Shown here: in pieces, positions 7,744-14,492 of the stretch
Layout: each line of letters starts with the position of its first letter
Numbering within the stretch: the first letter of the stretch is position 1
The notes under the pieces: model-generated
Told to the model about the DNA's origin: nothing
What the model saw: the letters and a program-made list of their open reading frames with translations, nothing else
Databases searched by the model: none
Assembly (NCBI GenBank): GCA_031416315.1
Contig: JANOTL010000143.1
Span: 1-20,221 of the forward strand
Length of the DNA: 20,221 bases
Reading direction: 5' to 3'
DNA from: Pseudomonadota bacterium
GTDB taxonomy: Bacteria > Bdellovibrionota_B > Oligoflexia > Oligoflexales > CAIYRB01
Made by a program: the position numbers and the translations under genes

Positions 7744-9309
7744 ATGAAAGCACTCGCGAACGCTCTCTCCCTCTTGCTCGTCGTCGGCTGCACCGCCGAA
7801 GCGAAAAAGGACGGAGGCGACGCCAAGAAGCCCGATCCCAAAAACGACATCGGCAACGGGTCGGAAGTCGAAGCCGGCAGCGACCAAGTGATCGTCATGG
7901 GCCAGTCCGCCGCGATCTCCGGCACCCTGCTGCTCGACCCGACCGCGTTCCACGATGGCATGCGCTACCGCGCCTCCTTCGACGCGATTCTGAAGCTCGA
8001 CGCCGACGTGAAGGCGAAGCTCTTTCTGAAGAATCTGAAGACCGACTGCGTCGCTGCCGACTTGATGACCAACTCGCTCAACATCCTGCATGACGAGTCG
8101 TCGATGACGACGCATGCGATCGGTGACTTCCTCGAGATTCAGGAATACGAGCTCGGCACGCTGGGTGCCGGCAAGAATACGTTCAACTTCATGGCGATGG
8201 GCGCGAAGGCCTGCACTTTCAGCTTCGATCTGACGCTCGAGACCTTCGTCCCAGCAGCCGGCGACGACGATGGTACGAGCGCGGGCCCCGGTGATACCGG
8301 CAGCGGCATGGGCTCAGGATCCGCGTCCGAAGGCTCGGGATCTGGCTCGGGCTCCGGCTCTGCCGAACCGACCGCGGCGCAGCTCTGCGAAGCCGAAGGC
8401 AAGATCTACGTTGGCAACGAGTGCATCTCGGCCGAAGAAAAAGCTCGTCGCGACTGCGTCGCGCAAGCTGGCATGGAATTCGTCGACGGGATCTGCCGCG
8501 CGATCCAGACGCCAGTGATCGGCCCTACCGACACGAAGGTCATTGGCTCCTGGGCCGCGGCCTCCTTGACCGACGACGGCTTCATGGTGAACCAGATGGT
8601 TCTCGCCGAGAACGGCACGGGAACCGTGAAACGCTGGTTGAAAGACCAGTCGCGCCTGTCCGTCACCTTGAAAGACGCCGAGACCTCGGCCGACGGCAAG
8701 TTGAGCTTCATCATCGACACCGTCCAAACAGACGTCGAAGGTACCTGGACCGCCGGCCTGAAAGTGCTCTGCATTTACTCGGCGACCGAAAAGACGCGCC
8801 TCCAATGGCGCTGCTCGAAGCCCGGACTGACCAATTTCCCGACCGGCGGCATCCTCTGGATCGGCATGTACCACGGCACCTCGACGGACGGCCGCACGCC
8901 GTACCTGACGCACAAGATCTACGACGCCGCGACGCTTCCCGCCGGCAAAGATAAGTTCATCAAGAACACGATCACGGATGAAATCGTCGACTTCGAAATC
9001 AACGTCACCGGCGAAGTCCTCGGCATCCAGATCTACGCCCAGGCGAAGCTCGTCAACACCAACGAGATCTACCTTACGATCAACAATCTGTTCGACGACC
9101 GCGGCAACGGCGACGGCGGCGTCTGGAACAAGGCGCAAGGCGCGGATTACCACTTCTTCTCGATGGGGTACGATACCGACTACGGCGGTCAGTTTGCGGG
9201 CCTTACCGGCACAAAGCTGAGCGGTAAGTGGATTGTCGGTTACTCGAACACGACCGCGCACACCGAGACGCTCAAGCTTCTCGAGGTGATGATCTTCGGC
9301 GTCAAGTAA
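7744..9309 (+). CDS. Multidomain lipoprotein (Gly/Ser linker, two short Cys repeats, beta domain, C-terminal proprotein-convertase P-domain-like region), 521 aa
   Basis: GGAG RBS; lipobox VVG-C; GSGSGS linker; LCEAEGKIYVGNEC and DCVAQAGMEFVDGIC repeats; C-terminus FAGLTGTKLSGKWIVGYSNTTAHTETLKLLEVMIF resembles P-domain ends (F.G....G.W.L...D....G.L..W.L.F). The domain call is tentative. Confidence 0.75.
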   Translation: MKALANALSLLLVVGCTAEAKKDGGDAKKPDPKNDIGNGSEVEAGSDQVIVMGQSAAISGTLLLDPTAFHDGMRYRASFDAILKLDADVKAKLFLKNLKTDCVAADLMTNSLNILHDESSMTTHAIGDFLEIQEYELGTLGAGKNTFNFMAMGAKACTFSFDLTLETFVPAAGDDDGTSAGPGDTGSGMGSGSASEGSGSGSGSGSAEPTAAQLCEAEGKIYVGNECISAEEKARRDCVAQAGMEFVDGICRAIQTPVIGPTDTKVIGSWAAASLTDDGFMVNQMVLAENGTGTVKRWLKDQSRLSVTLKDAETSADGKLSFIIDTVQTDVEGTWTAGLKVLCIYSATEKTRLQWRCSKPGLTNFPTGGILWIGMYHGTSTDGRTPYLTHKIYDAATLPAGKDKFIKNTITDEIVDFEINVTGEVLGIQIYAQAKLVNTNEIYLTINNLFDDRGNGDGGVWNKAQGADYHFFSMGYDTDYGGQFAGLTGTKLSGKWIVGYSNTTAHTETLKLLEVMIFGVK

Positions 9310-9350
9310 GGCGTCTGCGGCTCCAGCAATCCTTGCGTCTTAGCTTCAGC

Positions 9351-9388
9351 GCGGCCTGCTTCAGCAGGCCGCCTTTCATCGTTTTCTT
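9351..9388 (+). terminator. Probable intrinsic terminator downstream of the 521-aa lipoprotein gene
   Basis: Perfect stem GCGGCCTGC-ttca-GCAGGCCGC (9351-9372) followed by T-rich ctttcatcgttttctt, about 40 nt after the stop. Confidence 0.6.
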
Positions 9389-9595
9389 GCGCCGTCCATG
9401 GTGGTGAGCCTGAGCGCAGCGATCTCGCACGAAACCTCATCGTGGTCCTTTGCAGTAACTCGCACGCGCAGCCGGTCGTGCATGTGAAGGCGGCCGAGGC
9501 GCGCGGGTCTTGAGCGGTAGTCGGGCGACGTTCCGTGGCTTCACTGACGTTCGCACGAACTGTCCGCGTTAGAGATGCAGGAGCGTCTCCACAGG

Positions 9596-9844
9596 TCAGA
9601 AAAGCGCGAATATGGAGAATGCGAGCACCGCGGCGCCGATCACCCCGCCTACGACGTATGCGACGACGCGAGGGATCGCGACGACGCCGAGGAGAGCCAG
9701 GAAGCCCAGGACCGTCAAGAGGCCCAAGACGGCCAGCGCGCCGAGCGCAAAGGGGACGTAACCGTCAGTGCCCTGTGCGCGGGCTACGGCGTCCCAGCCA
9801 AGGGCGAAGGTCGCGGTGGTCGTCGTTCTAATGGGAAAGCGCAG
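9596..9844 (-). CDS. Small membrane protein with two predicted TM helices (about 82 aa), possible CTG start; absent from the ORF track
   Basis: Open minus frame ending TGA at 9596-9598: LRFPIRTTTTATFALGWDAVARAQGTDGYVPFALGALAVLGLLTVLGFLALLGVVAIPRVVAYVVGGVIGAAVLAFSIFALF*. GAGGAG lies 8 nt upstream of CTG9844. Confidence 0.5.
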   Translation of the reverse strand: MRFPIRTTTTATFALGWDAVARAQGTDGYVPFALGALAVLGLLTVLGFLALLGVVAIPRVVAYVVGGVIGAAVLAFSIFALF

Positions 9845-9915
9845 GTGCGTAGCTCCTCACATAAGGCCGCAACGCCGACGTTGCCGAACCGAAACCAGTC
9901 GCCGCCGCGAGGCGC

Positions 9916-10923
9916 TCATCGACCATGGCTTTGGACCGTTGGCGGCACGACATCCCCGCGGGCCTGGAGCGCGAGTGCCGACGGGTGCTTCACGTAGTGC
10001 GCACGAAGCGCTTTGCAGAAGGCGAGCTTCTCCTGATCGCCGATCGCGCCGCTCGTCGGGATTGCGTCGACGAGAGCCCGGACGAGCTCCGCCTGCGGCG
10101 GCGGCACGCGTGCGACCCAAGAGGCGAACAAGGCGCGATCCACGACTGCCGGTAGGGAACCGAGGATTCCAAGGTCGTTCTGGTCGTGGACGAGGAGACC
10201 CGAGGTCGTGCCGCGGTCGAGCGTCAGCACCTGAAAAAGATAGACGGTGTGATAGGCGCGCTGCGCGGCGGTCTCGGCCGGAGTTGGTGCAGCGGCCGCG
10301 CTCAGCTTGGCCTGGAGAATATCGCCATATGCGTCGATCATCGTGCCGCCGAAACGCGCGGCGAAGGCTCGGTCGTCGGCTTCGTCGGCGGTGTGATACT
10401 GCTCGAGATAAAAGTGCGCGACGCCGCGATGCCTGTCGAGGGCCGGAATGTGAAAGTAGCGGTCGCCTTGCTTCGCGCCTGCGTCGAATAGCGGGCCGGA
10501 GGCGCGTTGTAGGGCCTCGCGGAAGCGCGCCGTGTCCGCGGGGTCGGGGAGCGACGGGTTGAGGTCAGCCATCAACCGCCAAGAGCCCACGCCGGTCTTC
10601 AGCTCCGTCCAACTGACGTGGAGGTGGAGCGAGGGCGCGCGCGGCGGGAGCGGATGGACGATGCACGAGAGCGCCGTCGCGGAAGCGAGCGGCCGCTCGG
10701 GCTCGTCGTCGTAATGGACGTGGGAGACGTTGAGAGAGGCCCGGTTGAATGGGGCGCCGCCGCCGTGGGTCTGCCGCGATCCGCCGCCGTGGCGCCCGCC
10801 GTCCCGGAGCCAGTCGTGACGCGTGAAGCCGGCGCCAAGGCGGCTCTTGAAGTGCGCCTGGAGTGCCTGGACGAGGTCATAGGCTTGCGCAGCACGCGTC
10901 GATTGCGAGGCAGTAAAGATCAT
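9916..10923 (-). CDS. hemF: Oxygen-dependent coproporphyrinogen III oxidase family protein (divergent HemF), 335 aa
   Basis: W.R....GGG.S, FNRASLNVSHV, LSCIVHP..P..PS.H, YFHIPALDRHRGV and DRGTTSGL...ILGSLP follow the HemF motif order. Confidence 0.85.
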   Translation of the reverse strand: MIFTASQSTRAAQAYDLVQALQAHFKSRLGAGFTRHDWLRDGGRHGGGSRQTHGGGAPFNRASLNVSHVHYDDEPERPLASATALSCIVHPLPPRAPSLHLHVSWTELKTGVGSWRLMADLNPSLPDPADTARFREALQRASGPLFDAGAKQGDRYFHIPALDRHRGVAHFYLEQYHTADEADDRAFAARFGGTMIDAYGDILQAKLSAAAAPTPAETAAQRAYHTVYLFQVLTLDRGTTSGLLVHDQNDLGILGSLPAVVDRALFASWVARVPPPQAELVRALVDAIPTSGAIGDQEKLAFCKALRAHYVKHPSALALQARGDVVPPTVQSHGR

Positions 10924-11078
10924 GGCCAAAGGATATCACTGGGACAACTTCAGCCGCACCGCAAACGATGGGAGCGCTCACGTCCATCACCGCAAGTCCT
11001 TCCGTCAGCTCCGAATTTCGCCAGGGTGTCCGGTAGTTGGGGGCTAAAGTTAGCACCGCATTATGCCGAGATGAAGGC

Positions 11079-12458
11079 ATGAAACCCAACCGTTGGTCAT
11101 CTCTCGCTTGGTACGGCGCGTGGCTTGTCACGCTGATAGTCGTGACGACCGCATGCAAACCGCGCCAAAGCGCCAGCGAAGTGAAGCACGTTTTCGGCGC
11201 CACGCGGCGCGACCTAGACGAACCGTCCACGCCGTGCGACGCATCGAGCTACAAGTCAAAGTTCCCTGTCGCCGACGCGTATTTGCGCAAGCTGACGGCG
11301 CACATCGCCGCGAGGAATCCGAACACCCTAAGCGGCGTCTTCAGCGCAGATCGACTTTGCGTCGACTTGCACGATACGGATGAATTCAACGCGCGCGCGA
11401 TGTCGCGCTTCATGCTCGTGATGATTAATCGACCGATCCTCGAATTCGCGGCGTCGGATGCGGAGGTCGCCTCGGTTCTGACCCACGAGCTCGCGCACGT
11501 CACGATGCGCCACGATTCCGCGGTGCACCCCGACTTGATGAAAGACGCAGCAGGGCAAAAGCTCGTAGCCGAAGAAGCGAGCCTCGCCGCAGACGGCCGT
11601 GCGCTCCGCGCCGCGCGGGAAAAACTGGCCGCCGAAGAGCGCGCCCATCATCAAGCCGAAAGAGTCCGGCTGAGCGCCGCTCATCCCGACTTCGGGAAGG
11701 CCGTCGCGCGCATGGACCAGATCAACGCCGAAGGGGCTAAGCTCGTTGGACGCGAACTTTCGGATTTTGGGCCCGCGAATACTCCGTACCCGATGAGTCA
11801 GCTAACCTTTATCGACACCGACGGCATGGATGCCGCTGCCAAGAGGCGGATCGATGCCTTGCGCGACGAGTTCAGCAAGGCTTCCGACCTGGCTCGCGAC
11901 GTCGCTTGGAAGGCTCGTCCGAAAGAGGCACGCGATGCCGAGTCAAAATTTTTCGATCAGACGATCGAACTGAGCAAGCGCGAGAGCGACAACCTCAGAG
12001 CCCTCACGGACCAGCGCGCGAAAGTAGAGAAGCGAACCATCGAGCTCCTGGGCGCGGAAGCGGCGGCGAACTGGATGGAAGCCGAGGCCGACGAAGTCGG
12101 CTACGAGCTCTATCTACGTGCCGGCTTCGTAGGCGAAGGATTCACCTGGATCAATCGCGTCGTGGCCCAGATCGTCGAATTGAAGAACACCGACGGCGGT
12201 TTGATGTCGGCCGATCAAGTGCTCGAGGCTTGCATGAAAGCGCGCGTGGACCAAAAGGCGCCAATCGCCCGCGGCGCCGGTGACCATCCGACGTCGTGCT
12301 GGCGTTTGGCCGACATCAGGCTGAAAGAAGATGAGGATCACAAAGCTGACTACGCCCCTCTGAAGGCGGCAGCTAGCCTCGAAAATCTCCCGGGATCCCC
12401 GACCTTGGCGGAGGCGAAGAAGGAGCTTGAGTCGGCAGCCGCTTTGATTTCGCGCTGA
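11079..12458 (+). CDS. M48 family zinc metallopeptidase lipoprotein, 459 aa
   Basis: Lipobox TTA-C; FNARA; EVASVLTHELAHV (HExxH, 11484-11498); EAEADEVG third ligand (12078 onward); C-terminal DHP motif. Confidence 0.88.
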   Translation: MKPNRWSSLAWYGAWLVTLIVVTTACKPRQSASEVKHVFGATRRDLDEPSTPCDASSYKSKFPVADAYLRKLTAHIAARNPNTLSGVFSADRLCVDLHDTDEFNARAMSRFMLVMINRPILEFAASDAEVASVLTHELAHVTMRHDSAVHPDLMKDAAGQKLVAEEASLAADGRALRAAREKLAAEERAHHQAERVRLSAAHPDFGKAVARMDQINAEGAKLVGRELSDFGPANTPYPMSQLTFIDTDGMDAAAKRRIDALRDEFSKASDLARDVAWKARPKEARDAESKFFDQTIELSKRESDNLRALTDQRAKVEKRTIELLGAEAAANWMEAEADEVGYELYLRAGFVGEGFTWINRVVAQIVELKNTDGGLMSADQVLEACMKARVDQKAPIARGAGDHPTSCWRLADIRLKEDEDHKADYAPLKAAASLENLPGSPTLAEAKKELESAAALISR

Positions 12459-12578
12459 GGGGCGCGCGCCGCGAGACCGCTCATTAAAGGCGGCCGAATC
12501 TTCCGCGGACAAATGCAGTCAAGCACCAGAGCTCGGATTCGCTTAGTTTACCGGAGTGCCCAGCCCCCGAGGTCTCCG

Positions 12579-13079
12579 TTGCGAACCTACCCATATCGTT
12601 TTAGTTATACAAAGCTGGAGCTTGCGGACGCCGCGCGCTCACTGTCCATTCTGCGTTACGTCGGGCGCTGGGGTGGCTACGCGCACGACGACGACGCCTT
12701 TGTCGCGAGATTGTCGCGCGACGCGGCGCTGACGCTCGCGATTCCCGCGGCAGTGCTCGATTCCGGGCAGGGGTGGATCACGATCGCGGGCGAGAACGTG
12801 CGGGCGACCATCTCCTCGGGCGAGATTATTTTGGAAGTCGCCGGGGCCAAACACGACTACTTCATTTTCGACCGCGAACTTGCGCGAGCTCGCCTTATCG
12901 ACGTCGAGCTCGCGCGCCTCGCAGCGGGCGGCGTCTCCTTCATCGATCCGCCTGAAATGGGTCGCCGCTGTGTGAGCCCCACCGAGTATCCGGAAATCTG
13001 GCGCCCGAGCTTCCTGAATCGTCTGCGGGCGCGGCTTCGCTTTGGCGTGAAGTTCGTCGACGACCGCGAGCTCGTGTGA
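12579..13079 (+). CDS. Hypothetical protein (about 166 aa; start TTG12579 or ATG12513)
   Basis: Globular, protein-like composition; GAGGT 5 nt upstream of TTG12579; fills the gap between neighbours on the same strand. No family recognised. Confidence 0.6.
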   Translation: MRTYPYRFSYTKLELADAARSLSILRYVGRWGGYAHDDDAFVARLSRDAALTLAIPAAVLDSGQGWITIAGENVRATISSGEIILEVAGAKHDYFIFDRELARARLIDVELARLAAGGVSFIDPPEMGRRCVSPTEYPEIWRPSFLNRLRARLRFGVKFVDDRELV

Positions 13080-13193
13080 GGGATCGGAGACGAATGAGCA
13101 CCGCCGACTCGCATTGAGAGCGGAAGGATTCGATCGCGCCGATTTCATTTCTGTACCTCGAGGTCCAACGGGGCTTCTGATAGAGTGAATCAC

Positions 13194-13214
13194 CACGGCT
13201 CAGGCTGAGCCGTG
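13194..13214. promoter_or_regulatory. Perfect intergenic inverted repeat CACGGCTCAG-g-CTGAGCCGTG
   Basis: 10-bp arms with a 1-nt spacer, 68 nt upstream of ATG13283; no U-tract. Function unassigned. Confidence 0.4.
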
Positions 13215-13282
13215 CATACGATGCGCGTTCTACGCTGAGCGTTTCTTGCAAGGGGTGAAGCCACGCAGTTCTTGAGTTCAAC

Positions 13283-14272
13283 ATGAACCGCAGGCTTACA
13301 CGCGCTATATGGCTGTCGCTGCTGACACATGCCTTGGTGCTCTTTTCCGCAGCGACGTTCGCATCTCGGGACCGTAAGGCGACGCAGCGACCGTCGCCCA
13401 TTCGTCTAAAAATCATCGAGACGGAGCGGTCGCCTACGCCGCGTGCCGAATCCGTTGAGCCCGTTGCACCTCGCGAGGCGATTGTCGCAGTGCGGAAAAA
13501 AGGCGTCGTTAGGCCCGGAAGCAGGGAGACTGAGCATCCCAAGGTCGAGGCGCCAAGCGAACCGACAGCCGTCGATAGCGGCAAACTGGTCATCAGGCGT
13601 TACGAAGATCTCTTTCCGAAGGACGACGCGTCAAGCGCCGAGGATCGAGCGCGTGAGCGGGAAACGGTGATCGGAACGTCTCGCGCCTTCGATCCGGAAG
13701 GTGCCGCCTTTTCTTCCGAGACCAAGTTGAGGAATTCGCCGCGCCTCGAGCGTTTCGTGGACGATCTCGCCGAGCGGGTGACCGTACCGCTCGCGGTCCG
13801 GAAGATCATGCACGCGGGCGAGGCGCGCCTTCGGATCCGGCGCGACCGCGGCGAATGGTCCGTGACGAACGTCACCGGCGACCCTCTCGTGCGCGCGATT
13901 ATCTACGACTCGATCAGCGAGATGCTCGCGTCGCACTATGGGCAACAGCTCTTGTCTGAAGTCGAATACGATACCGTTCGCGTCGTTCTGCGGTTCAGCG
14001 TCGTATCGCTGCTCCACGATTCGATGAAGCCCATTTTCGCCATTACCGAGGCGAACACGGTCTTCTTGAACCTTTCGTACAAAGAGGTCGACGAGCGGTG
14101 GCTGCTGGCGATGCCGATCGATCACGCCCAGGGTAATGATGCAGTCCTGCCGAACATCATCGGGATCGGCCAGTTCGTCGTCCACAGCTTGCGAGAAAAT
14201 AATCCCTCGACGGACATCAGCATCAAGCGCCTCAAGGCGTCGCCCGCCTATGTGCGGCCGCTGCGGAAGTAG
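13283..14272 (+). CDS. TonB/TolA-like single-pass inner-membrane protein with extended C-terminus, 329 aa
   Basis: N-terminal TM helix with S-x3-H (LSLLTHALVL); Pro/Glu/Arg-rich linker; VTVPLAVRKIMHAGEARLRI...TGDPLVRAIIYDSI loosely resembles TonB C-terminal folds. Confidence 0.55.
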   Translation: MNRRLTRAIWLSLLTHALVLFSAATFASRDRKATQRPSPIRLKIIETERSPTPRAESVEPVAPREAIVAVRKKGVVRPGSRETEHPKVEAPSEPTAVDSGKLVIRRYEDLFPKDDASSAEDRARERETVIGTSRAFDPEGAAFSSETKLRNSPRLERFVDDLAERVTVPLAVRKIMHAGEARLRIRRDRGEWSVTNVTGDPLVRAIIYDSISEMLASHYGQQLLSEVEYDTVRVVLRFSVVSLLHDSMKPIFAITEANTVFLNLSYKEVDERWLLAMPIDHAQGNDAVLPNIIGIGQFVVHSLRENNPSTDISIKRLKASPAYVRPLRK

Positions 14273-14393
14273 GTGGCGCCTCGAAGACAACATTCCAGGC
14301 TCTCACGCCGCCTCTCAACGGCACTGTCCGCGGTCTTTCGATCGCGAGAGGACCCTGCGTTCTTCGAACATGACTGCTGCGCGCATCCTGGAA

Positions 14394-14423
14394 TTCAATA
14401 AGTATTGAACATCATTGTATAAT
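14394..14423 (+). promoter_or_regulatory. Sigma70-type promoter with a palindromic operator-like site
   Basis: AT island in GC-rich DNA; perfect TATAAT at 14418-14423; TTCAATA-ag-TATTGAA palindrome (14394-14409) covers the -35 position; AGGAGG RBS follows at 14482. Confidence 0.6.
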
Positions 14424-14492
14424 ATGCTCTCCACATAAAGCTCGGCGGAACCTATTACGAAAAGAAGAGGGTTAGCTTTTCAGGAGGATACG

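Noticed and set aside
7411..7753. Short ORFs in the divergent intergenic region
   Set aside because: Low-complexity translations of the C-rich tract with no convincing RBS or motif.
8314..9261. Long antisense or alternative-frame ORFs (e.g. 8314-9261, 15786-16832, 18157-18972, 2166-2936, 9768-10562)
   Set aside because: Expected shadows of real genes in high-GC DNA; they have Arg/Val-skewed composition, no motifs, and overlap better-supported CDSs.
9240..9440. 66-aa minus ORF with an AAAGGA RBS-like sequence
   Set aside because: It runs through the terminator hairpin and 70 nt antisense into the lipoprotein gene, and the peptide has no recognisable features.
9575..9997. 140-aa plus-strand ORF with apparent QEAQD repeats
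   Set aside because: It is the codon-register antisense shadow of the hydrophobic minus-strand ORF 9596-9844 and overlaps the hemF end.
5077..10923. Functional link between hemF and the cytochrome operon
   Set aside because: They are separated by unrelated genes and lie on opposite strands; proximity alone is insufficient.
14292..14394. 8-bp inverted repeat ATTCCAGG/CCTGGAAT enclosing an imperfect hairpin (possible MITE or structured RNA)
   Set aside because: Arms are too short to exceed chance, with no second copy and no recognisable riboswitch consensus.
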